DNA of 64,000 nucleotides, from positions 64,001 through 128,000 of the forward strand of contig CAVYTU010000007.1 of the NCBI GenBank assembly GCA_963771465.1, in the 5' to 3' direction. Shown here in pieces: positions 40,941-51,149 of the stretch. Position 1 is the first letter of the stretch; every line of letters starts with the position of its first letter. This stretch comes from an uncultured delta proteobacterium (lineage in GTDB: Bacteria > Desulfobacterota > Binatia > UBA9968). Under the pieces are notes generated by a model that saw nothing but the letters and a program-made list of their open reading frames with translations, ran no database searches and was not told the DNA's origin. The position numbers and the translations under genes were made by a program.

Positions 40941-41510
40941 TTGGCCGACGCTGGCAAAAAATCGCCGCCGCGAATCATCCTGGGAATCGATCCCGGCACC
41001 ATGGCGACCGGTTGGGGAGTGGTTCAAGTGGTTGGCAACGCGCTGCGCCACATGGGCCACGGCACCATCAATTCATCGAGCGCGGAATCTCAGGCGCGCC
41101 GCTTACACCGTATCTACAATGAACTTTCGAAAGTAGTCCGCGAATTCCGTCCGGATGGCGTCAGTCTCGAAAAGGTTTTCTTCGCTCTCAATGTGCAAAG
41201 CGCCTTGAAGCTCGGCCAGGCGCGCGGCATCGCGCTTCTGGCTGCCGCAGAGCAGGATGTCGAAGTGCACGAATATAGCGCCATGGAAATCAAGTCGGCC
41301 GTGGTGGGCTATGGTCACGCGACCAAACAGCAGGTGCAAATGATGATTGGATCCCTGTTGAAGGTTTCGGGACGGGTGCCGACGGATGCCGCCGACGCCT
41401 TGGCTGCGGCGATCTGCCATCTCAATCGGCAAACTTTTGAATCCCGTGTTGCCGCCGCCGCGGCGAAAAAGCCGACGCCATTTCGGCCCCGTGACACGAG
41501 CGTGCGCTAG
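40941..41510 (+). CDS. ruvC: Holliday junction resolvase
   Basis: ILGIDPG, EKVFF, LGQARG, VGYGHATK and DAADALA. Confidence 0.96.
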   Translation: MADAGKKSPPRIILGIDPGTMATGWGVVQVVGNALRHMGHGTINSSSAESQARRLHRIYNELSKVVREFRPDGVSLEKVFFALNVQSALKLGQARGIALLAAAEQDVEVHEYSAMEIKSAVVGYGHATKQQVQMMIGSLLKVSGRVPTDAADALAAAICHLNRQTFESRVAAAAAKKPTPFRPRDTSVR

Positions 41511-41672
41511 AGCTGGCCGAAGATATATAATAATTGAACTGGCGTGAATAGGCCGCAAAGGACGTAGAGCATTAAACCTAACTCCCTTCTTGGCGTCATG
41601 GTATCTTGGCGCGAGTAGTTCTTTCACTAGATTAAAATACTAAATCGTACTGCAGATGTTGTTGTACAGATC

Positions 41673-42269
41673 GTGATCGCACAAATTAGCGGCAAGCTCG
41701 CGCAAAAACAGCCCGGCGAAGTCGTCATCGACGTCGGCGGCGTCGGCTACCTGGTGTTTATTCCGCTCAACGTTTTTTACCGTTTGCCCGACATCGGTAC
41801 GCCGATGAGCCTGCAGATTCACACCCATGTGCGTGAGGACGCGCTGCAGTTGTTCGGCTTTCACGATGTCGCCGAGAAACAGGTGTTTTTGCTGCTCACC
41901 GGCGTGTCCGGCATCGGCCCAAAGCTGGCGCTCAATATCTTGTCCGGGATAGCCGCCGAAGATTTGGCGCGGGCGCTAAAAAATGGCGACCAGGTGCGCT
42001 TGGTGGCGATTCCCGGGGTCGGCAGGAAACTCGCCGAGCGCATGATTGTCGAATTGAAGGATAAGTTCGCCACACTGGCGCCGGCGAGTATCGACAGCAC
42101 GGTCAAGCCGGCGGCGTCATCGCAAAAGATGCAGGACGCGGTTTCCGCCTTGATCAATCTGGGATATAAAAAACCAGAAATCGAAATAACCGTCCGTGAA
42201 GTTCTCAAGAACGCCGAGCTGTCGCTGGAAGATGTTTTGCGCGAGACTTTGCGGCGGATGAGCCACTAG
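41673..42269 (+). CDS. ruvA: Holliday junction branch migration protein
   Basis: DVGGVGY, HVREDA..LFGF, VSGIGPKLA, IPGVGRK.AER and ALINLGY. Confidence 0.96.
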   Translation: MIAQISGKLAQKQPGEVVIDVGGVGYLVFIPLNVFYRLPDIGTPMSLQIHTHVREDALQLFGFHDVAEKQVFLLLTGVSGIGPKLALNILSGIAAEDLARALKNGDQVRLVAIPGVGRKLAERMIVELKDKFATLAPASIDSTVKPAASSQKMQDAVSALINLGYKKPEIEITVREVLKNAELSLEDVLRETLRRMSH

Positions 42270-42324
42270 CGCAGTGAGTTGGCGCTGCTTTACATTGCAG
42301 GATGCTGAAAGATGATTTTGACCT

Positions 42325-42394
42325 GTCACCCTGAACTAACTGAAGAGTCTCATGGAGTAGAAAAGGCGAGATTCTTTGTCTCGCTCAGAATGAC
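42325..42394. repeat. REP-like palindrome (GTCA.CCTGA...TCAGAATGAC type)
   Basis: Arms GTCACCCTGA / TCAGAATGAC with inner GAGTCT / AGATTC, between ruvA and ruvB. Confidence 0.6.
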
Positions 42395-42452
42395 GATCGA
42401 AGTCAGGAGATTTTTGACGTGCTCTATATAGTCGAAAGAGTGTAAACAGACC

Positions 42453-43478
42453 ATGTTGGACGGGCACCAAACCGACGAAGACTCAGGATTCGATTTAAGC
42501 TTGCGTCCGCGCGGCTTTGACGAATACGTCGGCCAAGACCAGGTCAAAGAAAACCTCAAAGTCGCCATCGCCGCGGCGCGGGCGCGCGGCGATGTGCTCG
42601 ATCATATTCTTTTTCACGGCCCGCCGGGGTTGGGCAAAACCTCCATCGCCTATATCATCGCGCGCGAAATGGGCGTCAATATCAAAGCCACTTCGGGGCC
42701 GATCATTGAGCGCGCCGGCGACTTGGCCGCGCTGCTGACCAATCTCGACGAAGGCGATGTGCTGTTCATCGACGAAATCCATCGCCTCAATCATGTCGTC
42801 GAAGAAGTGCTCTATCCGGCCATGGAGGACTATGAGATCGACATCATGGTCGGCCAGGGACCGGCGGCGAAGTCGATCAAGTTGCCGCTGAAAAAATTTA
42901 CTCTAATCGGCGCCACCACGCGCTCGGGCTTGCTCACTTCGCCGCTGCGCGATCGCTTTGGCCAGAGTTTCCGTTTGGATTTCTACGATGCGATTTCCTT
43001 AGCGCACATTCTCAAACGTTCGGCTGCGATCCTCGGCGTCAAGGAAGACCAAGACGGCATCGCCGAGATCGCTTGCCGTTCGCGTGGCACGCCGCGCATC
43101 GCCAATCGCTTGCTGCGCCGGGTGCGCGACTACGCCCAGGTCAAAAGCACTGGGACAATCACCAAGGCGGTGACCGAAGAAGCGCTGCTCATGTTGCAAG
43201 TTGACCGCATAGGTTTGGACAAGATGGATACGTTGCTGCTGTTAACTTTGATCGATAAGTTTGCCGGCGGTCCGGTGGGCGTCGAAACTTTGGCCGCAGC
43301 CATCGGCGAAGAGAAAGACACCATCGAAGATGTCTACGAGCCGTTTCTGATTCAAGCCGGTTTCATTCAGCGCACGCCGCGCGGGCGCATGGCGACCGTC
43401 TTGGCTTACGATCACTTCGGGCGCAAGCCAAGAGCCGCCCCAAGTGATCCGGCGAAAAAACAGCCGAGTCTGTTTTGA
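42453..43478 (+). CDS. ruvB: Holliday junction helicase
   Basis: [43 protein letters not shown] and RTPRGR. Confidence 0.98.
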   Translation: MLDGHQTDEDSGFDLSLRPRGFDEYVGQDQVKENLKVAIAAARARGDVLDHILFHGPPGLGKTSIAYIIAREMGVNIKATSGPIIERAGDLAALLTNLDEGDVLFIDEIHRLNHVVEEVLYPAMEDYEIDIMVGQGPAAKSIKLPLKKFTLIGATTRSGLLTSPLRDRFGQSFRLDFYDAISLAHILKRSAAILGVKEDQDGIAEIACRSRGTPRIANRLLRRVRDYAQVKSTGTITKAVTEEALLMLQVDRIGLDKMDTLLLLTLIDKFAGGPVGVETLAAAIGEEKDTIEDVYEPFLIQAGFIQRTPRGRMATVLAYDHFGRKPRAAPSDPAKKQPSLF

Positions 43479-43517
43479 GGTTGATGACATTGGACTGCCT
43501 CATCGAGCGTTGACGCG

Positions 43518-43730
43518 ATGGCCGGCTTGGGTAAGATCTTAATTTATCTCGGTCTCCTGTTGATCGTCATTGGCATAATTCTCACTCTCGCCGGCAAGTT
43601 GCCGTGGCTCGGCCGTTTGCCGGGTGACATTGCAATTGAGCGCGACAACTTTTCTTTTTATTTTCCGATCGCGACTTCGATCCTCGTCAGCGTGATCATC
43701 TCGCTTGTCCTTTACTTCTTGAGAAGGTAA
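43518..43730 (+). CDS. DUF2905 small membrane protein
   Basis: LGRLPGDI...FYFPIATSIL.S signature between two TM helices. Confidence 0.88.
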   Translation: MAGLGKILIYLGLLLIVIGIILTLAGKLPWLGRLPGDIAIERDNFSFYFPIATSILVSVIISLVLYFLRR

Positions 43731-43733
43731 GCT

Positions 43734-46001
43734 TTGGCTAGTTTTCGACCCGCAAATCAGGCCCAGCCGATGGAACCCGCGAACCCCGCCAAAGCCGTCG
43801 AAGAGCTCCGCAAATACGAAGAAACCAAACGGCGCAAGCGGGAGGGCATCGTCATCCTGGTGACCTTCCTTTTGGTGGCCGCGCTGATCTTCTTCGAGGT
43901 CCAGCTACCGGACGTCTCATCGGAATATTCGCTCGGCAGCAATATCCTGTTTTTTCTACTCATCAACGTCAACATCATCCTGCTCGGGTTGCTGGCTTTC
44001 CTGGTCGTGCGCAACGTAGTCAAGCTGATCGTCGAGCGCAAACGGCGCATCCTCGGTTCATACTTGCAAGTCCGCTTGGTTTTGGCGTTCGTCGCGCTGT
44101 CATTGGTGCCGAGTGTGCTGCTGTTCGTGATCGCCGGCGGTTTGCTGACCCGCTCCTTCGACCGCTGGTTTGACGCCAAAGTCGAAAGCGCACTGCAAGG
44201 TTCCTTGGAAATCGGCCAGACCTATTATCAAAACTCCGCGAATAACGCGATCTTTTACGCCCGTCAGTTGAGCCGAGCGATCAGCGAAGAAGGGCTCTTC
44301 GAGCAAAAGCGCAGCGCGGAGCTGAAGTCCTTCGTGCAAAGTAAACAGAAGGAATACAATCTCGGTACCGTGGAGATCTTTTCGCCGCAGGGTCAGCCGT
44401 TCGTCGTCGCGTTCAACGACAAGGTGCCGACCGGCGTGACGATCAAGCCGGAGTCGGAGTTTCTCACCCGGGCGCTGCGCGGCCTCGAAGTCACAACCAC
44501 GCAGGCCTTCGGAGACGCCGACGTGATTCGCGGCGGAGCGCCAATCCATGCCAAGGATAAGCGCATTATCGGGGTGGTGGTGGTCGATTACTTCGTGCCG
44601 AAAAGTATCAGCAAACGAGCGGCGCAAATCTCCCAGTCCTATGAAGAGTACAAGTACCTGACGTTTCTCAAAGCGCCCGCGAAGAATAGCTATATTCTCA
44701 CTCTGCTCTTGATCACTTTGGTGTTGATCCTGGCGGCGACGTGGTGCGGTATCTATATTTCGCGCGGCATAACCGTGCCGATCCAGAAGCTCGCTGAGGG
44801 CACTCACGAAGTCGCCCAGGGCAATTGGGATTACCAAATCGAGTCGGGCGGTGACGATGAGATGGGCGTGCTGATGAATTCGTTCAATCACATGACCGGC
44901 GATCTGAAGCAAATCAAACTGGAGCTCGAGCGGCGCGGCAAAGTCGTCGAGATGCTGCTCGCCAATATTGCCGCGGGTGTGGTCTCGGTGGACCCGGCGG
45001 GCAAGGTCACGACTTGGAATAAGGCGGCGGAGCAGCTGTTAGGCGTCAAAGCGGCCGACGCGCTGGGAAAAAACTTCCAAGAGGTTTTTCGCGCTGACGC
45101 GTTGGCCGGGGTTCGCGAGATCGCCGACAACGTTCAGGGACACCAGAGCGTCGAGCGCGAAGTAAAAATTCCCATGCCGCAGCAGTTGCTGACGGTGGTG
45201 GCCAGCGCGGCGACCTTGCACGACGACGACGGGTCGAGTCTCGGCTTCATGATTTTTCTCGAGGATATTACGCAGATTCAAAAAGTGCAGCGCATGGAAG
45301 CTTGGCGCGAAGTGGCGCGGCGCATCGCTCATGAGATCAAAAATCCGTTGACGCCGATTCAATTATCCGCGGAGCGATTGCGCAAGCGCTACGCGGGTAT
45401 GCTGAAGGAGGACGGCGCGGTCTTGGACAAGTGCACGACGACGATCATCAAGCAGGTCGATGAACTTAAGAATCTGGTCAATGAATTTTCCCAGTTCGCG
45501 CGCCTGCCTGCCGCGCAGCTCATGTCGAACGACTTGAACGAAGTGGTCAATGAAGCGTTGTTTCTATTCAAAGAAGGCCACAACGGTATCGATTTTCAAT
45601 TTCGCCGCGGCGTGATTCCGGCCGTCGATCTCGATCGGGAGCAAATCAAGCGGGTGTTGATCAACTTGCTGGACAACGCCGTGGCGGCCGTTGACGGCGG
45701 CGGCGAAATTAGGTTGGCCACGGATTACGACCCGGCGCGGGCTATCGTCACCTTGGAAGTCGCCGACAACGGTTGCGGTTTGGCGCCGGAACTGGGCACG
45801 AAAATATTCGAGCCTTATTTTTCGACCAAACAAAATGGCACCGGGCTCGGGTTGACGATTGTGAGCCAGATTATTGAAGATCACCGCGGCTATATTCGCG
45901 CGCTGCCGAACCTGCCGCAGGGAACCCGTTTTTCTATCGAATTGCCCGTTGGAGACGACGCCGAAACGATGGAAATGTCGAAAAAGGTGCTACACTCCTA
46001 A
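43734..46001 (+). CDS. ntrY: NtrY-like sensor histidine kinase (TM-periplasmic-HAMP-PAS-HisKA-HATPase)
   Basis: AWREVARRIAHEIKNPLTPIQLSAERL H-box typical of NtrY, plus NLLDNA, DNGCG and GTGLGL. Start may be ATG 43770. Confidence 0.9.
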   Translation: MASFRPANQAQPMEPANPAKAVEELRKYEETKRRKREGIVILVTFLLVAALIFFEVQLPDVSSEYSLGSNILFFLLINVNIILLGLLAFLVVRNVVKLIVERKRRILGSYLQVRLVLAFVALSLVPSVLLFVIAGGLLTRSFDRWFDAKVESALQGSLEIGQTYYQNSANNAIFYARQLSRAISEEGLFEQKRSAELKSFVQSKQKEYNLGTVEIFSPQGQPFVVAFNDKVPTGVTIKPESEFLTRALRGLEVTTTQAFGDADVIRGGAPIHAKDKRIIGVVVVDYFVPKSISKRAAQISQSYEEYKYLTFLKAPAKNSYILTLLLITLVLILAATWCGIYISRGITVPIQKLAEGTHEVAQGNWDYQIESGGDDEMGVLMNSFNHMTGDLKQIKLELERRGKVVEMLLANIAAGVVSVDPAGKVTTWNKAAEQLLGVKAADALGKNFQEVFRADALAGVREIADNVQGHQSVEREVKIPMPQQLLTVVASAATLHDDDGSSLGFMIFLEDITQIQKVQRMEAWREVARRIAHEIKNPLTPIQLSAERLRKRYAGMLKEDGAVLDKCTTTIIKQVDELKNLVNEFSQFARLPAAQLMSNDLNEVVNEALFLFKEGHNGIDFQFRRGVIPAVDLDREQIKRVLINLLDNAVAAVDGGGEIRLATDYDPARAIVTLEVADNGCGLAPELGTKIFEPYFSTKQNGTGLGLTIVSQIIEDHRGYIRALPNLPQGTRFSIELPVGDDAETMEMSKKVLHS

Positions 46002-46018
46002 ATAGATGCGGAGGAAGG

Positions 46019-47323
46019 GTGCAAGAGCTGTTGCTGCAAAAGACCATATTGGTCGTCGATGACGAGGACGACGTGCGCGAGTCGGTGCGCGAAGTATTGA
46101 CCGACGAAGGTTATCGAGTCGTCGATACCGCCGACGGCACTCGGGTGCTCGAGATGATACGCGCGGAACGGCCGGAGTTGGTGCTCCTCGATATCTGGAT
46201 GCCGCAAGTCGACGGCATCGGCTTGCTCAAGGAGATCAAGAGTCAGGAGCCGGAAATCAACGTCGTCATGGTGTCCGGCCATGGCAATATTCATACGGCG
46301 GTGACGGCCACCAAATATGGCGCCTTCGATTTTATCGAAAAGCCGGTATCCCTGGAGGGACTTCTCACAACCGTCCAGCGCGCGTTGGGCGAGTCGCCCG
46401 GATTAGAAGCGCAGGAAAAGGCGGCCAAGGGAGCACGCAAGGCCAAGACGGCGAAGCCAACGAGTTCACGGCCGCAATCCCACAGCGCCGCGCAAACGAT
46501 CAAACAAAAAACCTTGAAAAAGAGCGTGGTGCTTTCCGGGCAGGGACTTCATTCCGGTGTTAAGACCGGACTGCTCCTCCATCCATTGCCGCCCGGTAGC
46601 GGCATACAATTCACCGGCATCTCGGCCGATGTCACTGTGCCAGCCCATTTAGACTATGTCGGTTCCACAGGTTACGCGACCACGCTGCGCTCGAAAGGCT
46701 TCGCCGTCGGCACTGTGGAACATCTGCTCGCGGTGCTGCACTGTTACGGCATCACCAATTTGCTCGTGAAGGTGCAGGGTGAAGTGCCGGTCATGGACGG
46801 CTCGGCGTTGGACTTTTGCCAGGCTATTGACGAGGCCGGTATCGAGGAGGAGGACGCCGAGCTGGCTGAAATCGTCATCGACAAGATCTATCAGTTCGAC
46901 GCCAAGGGCGGCGAATCGATCTCGATCAAGCCGGCTGACGAGTTTTCGGTTCACTATGTGCTGCGTTATCCCGCCCCGGTGGGCGAACAAGAATATACCT
47001 ACCATCATCGCGGCGCGGAGTCGTTTAGGAGTGAAATCGCACCGGCGCGGACGTTTGGCTTTTTGCGCGATATCGCTAAGCTGCAAAATATGGGACTGGC
47101 CAATGGCGGACGGCTCAGTAATTTCATTCTCATCGACGATGAAAAAATCGTCAATACCGAATTGCGCTTCCCCGACGAGTTCGCGCGCCATAAAATCCTC
47201 GATGTGCTCGGCGATTTTTATTTGCTTGGCCGGCCCATCCGCGGCGCCATCACCGCGCGTATGACCGGCCACTCGGATAATATCGCGCTGTTGCGGCAGA
47301 TCCGTGAAGGGATGAAACTTTAG
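46019..47323 (+). CDS. lpxC: Fusion of an NtrX-like receiver domain to UDP-3-O-acyl-GlcNAc deacetylase LpxC
   Basis: About the first 125 aa: VVDDE, LLDIWMP, VSGHG and FIEKP. After a K/A/S-rich linker: QKTLKK...GQGLHSG, TVEHLLA, EVPVMDGSA, APARTFGF, HKILD..GD and TGHSDN. Confidence 0.92.
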   Translation: MQELLLQKTILVVDDEDDVRESVREVLTDEGYRVVDTADGTRVLEMIRAERPELVLLDIWMPQVDGIGLLKEIKSQEPEINVVMVSGHGNIHTAVTATKYGAFDFIEKPVSLEGLLTTVQRALGESPGLEAQEKAAKGARKAKTAKPTSSRPQSHSAAQTIKQKTLKKSVVLSGQGLHSGVKTGLLLHPLPPGSGIQFTGISADVTVPAHLDYVGSTGYATTLRSKGFAVGTVEHLLAVLHCYGITNLLVKVQGEVPVMDGSALDFCQAIDEAGIEEEDAELAEIVIDKIYQFDAKGGESISIKPADEFSVHYVLRYPAPVGEQEYTYHHRGAESFRSEIAPARTFGFLRDIAKLQNMGLANGGRLSNFILIDDEKIVNTELRFPDEFARHKILDVLGDFYLLGRPIRGAITARMTGHSDNIALLRQIREGMKL

Positions 47324-47371
47324 TACGGCGCCGGCAAGCCAGGCGCGAAACCGTTGGCGAGAGTTATTGCC

Positions 47372-47821
47372 ATGGAAGATTCCGCTCAATACCAGAGACT
47401 CTTTACCATCAACGAGGCTAATGAACTGCTGCCGGTTCTCCGTCCCTTGGTTGAACAGATTCTCGATAATATTCGGCGGCTAAAAAGCGCGAGCGAAAAC
47501 GTCATCCGAAGGGAGCAGCTCGACCCGGAAGCGCCGGATTTGATGGCGCAGCTCACTCAAGACAGCGAGATTACCCGTCTGGTCGAGCAGGTGAAGCAGT
47601 GGGTCGAGACGATCAATGAACATGGCTGTCAGTGTAAAGGCGTGGAACAGGGGTTGATCGATTTCCCCTGTGTGTACGGCTCCGAAGTGGTTTTTCTCTG
47701 CTGGCAGCTTGGCGAACCGAACGTTAGTTTTTGGCATCGCATCGAAGACGGCTTCGCCGGCCGCCGGCCATTGCTCGACGGCGAAAGTTCAGAACCGGAG
47801 AGCGGTACGTCTTATCATTGA
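47372..47821 (+). CDS. DUF2203 family protein
   Basis: FT..EANELLP and K...GLIDFP....LCW.LGE...FWH...GFAGRRP. Start is either TTG 47354 or ATG 47372. Confidence 0.85.
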   Translation: MEDSAQYQRLFTINEANELLPVLRPLVEQILDNIRRLKSASENVIRREQLDPEAPDLMAQLTQDSEITRLVEQVKQWVETINEHGCQCKGVEQGLIDFPCVYGSEVVFLCWQLGEPNVSFWHRIEDGFAGRRPLLDGESSEPESGTSYH

Positions 47822-47878
47822 CCTTGGCGACGACGAGTCGCCGGCAAGTTCGATTCTCCACATTGTAGTTATTCCGCC

Positions 47879-49054
47879 ATGAAGCATGCCACGGCGGACA
47901 GCGCCAAGTTACTTTCATCGCAAATCAAGCAGGCAGCCCAGCAGCTCGGCTTCGAACTGGTCGGCATTTCTCCGCTCAAAGCGCCGCTTCACGAGCAGTC
48001 CTTCGCCGAGTGGTTACGGCAAGGCTTGGCCGGCGAGCTCGGCTACATGGAGCGTACCGAAGCGCTCAGGCGCGAGCCGCGCGAGCTGGTTCCCTGGGCC
48101 GCGTCGATCGTTTCCGTCGCTCTCAATTATTATACCGCCTTTGCCCGGCCGCCGATCTCCAAGACGACCAACGGTTGGATATCGCGTTATGCGTGGGGCG
48201 ACGATTATCATGACTTGATCAAAACCAAGTTGGCGTCGCTGCTGGAACGCATCAACCGGCTGGCCGGCGCGCCGGTTCAAGGCCGCGCCTTCGTCGACTC
48301 CGCGCCGGTCATGGAAAGAGATTTGGCCGGGGTCGCCGGCCTCGGTTGGATCGGCAAAAACACTCATCTGATATCGCCAAGAAAAGGCTCGTGGTTTTTC
48401 TTAGGCGAGCTGTTCGTCGATCTGCCGCTGGCGTATGACCGGCCGATCCGCGACCGCTGCGGCAAATGCGATTTGTGTCTTAAAGCCTGCCCGACCAACG
48501 CTTTCGTCGGGCCGTACATTCTCGACGCGCGCCGCTGTATTTCTTATCTAACCATCGAACTTAAAGGCTTCATGCCGCGCCACCTGCGTCCGCTGGTGGG
48601 CAATCACATTTTCGGCTGCGATATCTGCCAAGACGTTTGCCCCTATAACGTTAAAGCTCGAGAGACGGCGGAAAATACCTTCGGTCCACGCCCGGGTCTG
48701 TACGCGCCGCAACTCATTCCATTGCTCTCGCTCAGCGCCGAAGAGTTCCGCCAGCGTTTCCGTGGCAGCCCGATCCGGCGCGCCAAGCGGCGCGGTTTTC
48801 TCCGTAACGTTGCCGTCGCGCTCGGCAACATCGGCAGTGTCGAAGCTGTTCCAGCGTTAGTTTATGCGCTCGATGATAACGAACCGTTGGTGCGCGGCCA
48901 CGTTGCCTGGGCCTTGGGTCAGATTGGATCTACTTTAGCCGTTGCAGCGTTGCAGCGACGGTTGCAACTTGAAACCGATCCGGCAGTGCGCGCTGAGATT
49001 GACGCGGCCATCGATCATTTGGGCGCAGATACCGGCGTGCTCAAGCGCGAATAG
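47879..49054 (+). CDS. queG: Epoxyqueuosine reductase with C-terminal HEAT repeats
   Basis: ISRYAWG.DYH, FVDSAPVMER, GWIGKN, CGKCDLC..ACP, DARRCISYLTIE and FGCDICQDVCP. Confidence 0.95.
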   Translation: MKHATADSAKLLSSQIKQAAQQLGFELVGISPLKAPLHEQSFAEWLRQGLAGELGYMERTEALRREPRELVPWAASIVSVALNYYTAFARPPISKTTNGWISRYAWGDDYHDLIKTKLASLLERINRLAGAPVQGRAFVDSAPVMERDLAGVAGLGWIGKNTHLISPRKGSWFFLGELFVDLPLAYDRPIRDRCGKCDLCLKACPTNAFVGPYILDARRCISYLTIELKGFMPRHLRPLVGNHIFGCDICQDVCPYNVKARETAENTFGPRPGLYAPQLIPLLSLSAEEFRQRFRGSPIRRAKRRGFLRNVAVALGNIGSVEAVPALVYALDDNEPLVRGHVAWALGQIGSTLAVAALQRRLQLETDPAVRAEIDAAIDHLGADTGVLKRE

Positions 49055-49370
49055 CGCGTCGCCTATGCGAGCGCTGATCTTAACTGCTTGAATCAAGCTG
49101 TTGTCGCGTCGTCGGCGCGTCGCTGTAATGTTCGAAATAATTAGGGCACGATGTTTTGCATTTAGAGCTGGACTTCTGTCGATAATTCTTAGTAAAATAC
49201 GTTAGCGATTTTGGCTTGTCGTTCCGCACCGGGTTCAGGCTCACGTATACGATTTCGGTTTGTGAGGCTATCGTCGAATTTACCGCACGGACACCAGCGT
49301 CAGAGAGAAACTCTCCGCCAACCGTTCGCCTCCCTTCCTAATCCGTCCGCAAGCGTCGCGCTGGAGATTT

Positions 49371-50504
49371 ATGATCAGAGTTTTTTGCGCATGGGTGTTT
49401 ATTGTTGGGTGCTGCGTGCTGTCAGCTTGCACACCGATCGCGGCGACCCCCTCAGACTCTGGAGAATTTTCAAGGACGGCGGGACTTTTTCCGTATATCG
49501 ATGGCGCCGCCCAGGGGCTGCACACAGAGCTCGACAAACCCGTGAAAAGTACCTTTGCGCTGGAGTTGGGCCGCAAGCTTGTTGAATTCAAAGCGTCTTA
49601 TATCGAGGAGCGCCCTACCGACGTCACTAAGAACGCGACAGCGAATGACAATTCCACAGTACCATCCGGTCGCTACTTCGATCTGCTCGCCAGTTCATCG
49701 CGCTTCGATGGCAAACTCATCGGCGAAAGTGAGATCGCCTACAGCGGCATCTCCGGCGCAGGACTAGCGGATCAACTGCCAACCATGTCACGGCTAACCC
49801 TGAGGGGAAATTGGGGAGACGCCAATTACGGCGCGACTTATCGGACTTTTGGCGGCGGTTTCGTCTCCACCGCCGGACGCCGATTCGACAATCCCCGCGA
49901 TGAACGAGAGACTTGGGGCGAATATGATTTCAAACTGTTCCGCCTCAAAAGCACCCTGGGAGAGTCGTCAGAACGGCAGCCGGATAGCGGGCAATTCACT
50001 CTGGCCAAAACCGCCGCCACTTCTTTGACCTTTAATCGAAGCGGTTGGAGCGCACTCTTATCTTCGAGTTATGCCATCATCGATCAAGACGAAGTTGGCA
50101 TAGACAAAACGACCGCTTTCAGTCATGGACTGTCATTCGCTTACCGGCCGACAAGTTTTATAACCATCGAGCCCGGCTTCAACGTCAAGCAAGAATGGAG
50201 CAGCGCAACCGGCCTGAAAACAAACACACCCTCAGGCGGAATCGCTCTGGTGTCCACGCTGTTTCGAGATGTGAGCTTGACCGGCCGGACATCCTACGCC
50301 CATGGTTTTAGCGAGGACCCGCTCAAGGACAACTCAATGTTGAACACGGCGGCGAGTTTCAATTGGAAGCTCGGCAGGTCATTTATTGGCGAACAAGCGT
50401 TGTCTTTCCAATTTGAGTACAAACACGAAGTGAACGCTAGTTCGGTTACCACGCCAGTATCAGGCTTCACTGGCTTGCTTCAATGGAAGCTTGCCGGGTT
50501 TTGA
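49371..50504 (+). CDS. Hypothetical envelope protein, probable outer-membrane beta-barrel or lipoprotein
   Basis: Signal with possible lipobox LSAC, many alternating amphipathic strands, and a C-terminal Phe (LQWKLAGF). Confidence 0.5.
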   Translation: MIRVFCAWVFIVGCCVLSACTPIAATPSDSGEFSRTAGLFPYIDGAAQGLHTELDKPVKSTFALELGRKLVEFKASYIEERPTDVTKNATANDNSTVPSGRYFDLLASSSRFDGKLIGESEIAYSGISGAGLADQLPTMSRLTLRGNWGDANYGATYRTFGGGFVSTAGRRFDNPRDERETWGEYDFKLFRLKSTLGESSERQPDSGQFTLAKTAATSLTFNRSGWSALLSSSYAIIDQDEVGIDKTTAFSHGLSFAYRPTSFITIEPGFNVKQEWSSATGLKTNTPSGGIALVSTLFRDVSLTGRTSYAHGFSEDPLKDNSMLNTAASFNWKLGRSFIGEQALSFQFEYKHEVNASSVTTPVSGFTGLLQWKLAGF

Positions 50505-50595
50505 TATTCTGATTTTGTAAGTTCACTTCGCTTGCAGGGTACCCTTTAACCTGACCTTCGTTTCGTGAAGTCGAAATCGGTGGTAGTTTGTTTTA

Positions 50596-51081
50596 GTGAA
50601 GCAACCGACGCCGCCGCATTTCATTCAGCCGAATCTTTTGGAGCGCGCCGTCAACCATGTTTACGGCTGGTTCGCAACGCTTGGCATCGCGCCGTCTTAC
50701 AGTTGGTTACTGCGGACCACGGGACGCAAGACGGGAGTGATTCATTCTACTCCGGTCAATATTCTGGCTTATGACGGGAAATTCTATTTGGTGGGCACCC
50801 GTGGCCATACGCAGTGGTCGCGCAACGCCGCTGTGTTCGGCGAGCTGACTCTGAAACGACGGCAAACGCAGATCACTTGTCGCGTCGCTGTCGTGCCGGA
50901 AGAACGGAAAGCCGAGCTTCTTAAGGCGTATCTTACGCGGTTTAATTGGATGGTGCGGCGCTTTTTCCCGGTTCAAAGCGAAGCGCCGGTATCGGCATTT
51001 GCCGCGATCGCGGCGCGCTATCCCGTCTTTGAACTGCTAGCGTCCGGCCTGCAGAGCGACTTTTTTCCTGGCCGCCTCTAG
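50596..51081 (+). CDS. Deazaflavin (F420)-dependent nitroreductase / DUF385 family protein
   Basis: LRTTGRKTG..HSTPV, G.TQWSRN and C-terminal YPVFEL. Confidence 0.8.
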   Translation: MKQPTPPHFIQPNLLERAVNHVYGWFATLGIAPSYSWLLRTTGRKTGVIHSTPVNILAYDGKFYLVGTRGHTQWSRNAAVFGELTLKRRQTQITCRVAVVPEERKAELLKAYLTRFNWMVRRFFPVQSEAPVSAFAAIAARYPVFELLASGLQSDFFPGRL

Positions 51082-51149
51082 TAGCCTTTTCATTGATCGA
51101 TTCGTCAATATCGATTTGACTGGCGATTAGGGCCCATTATCGATCGCCA

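Noticed and set aside
41645-41670. Possible LexA box upstream of ruvA (CTG...CAG)
   Set aside because: Spacing is N14, not the N10 of the E. coli-type box, and no other known LexA motif was evident.
49143-49160. Possible sigma54 promoter GGCACGATGTTTTGCA
   Set aside because: GG-to-GC spacing is 11 rather than the strict 10 bp.
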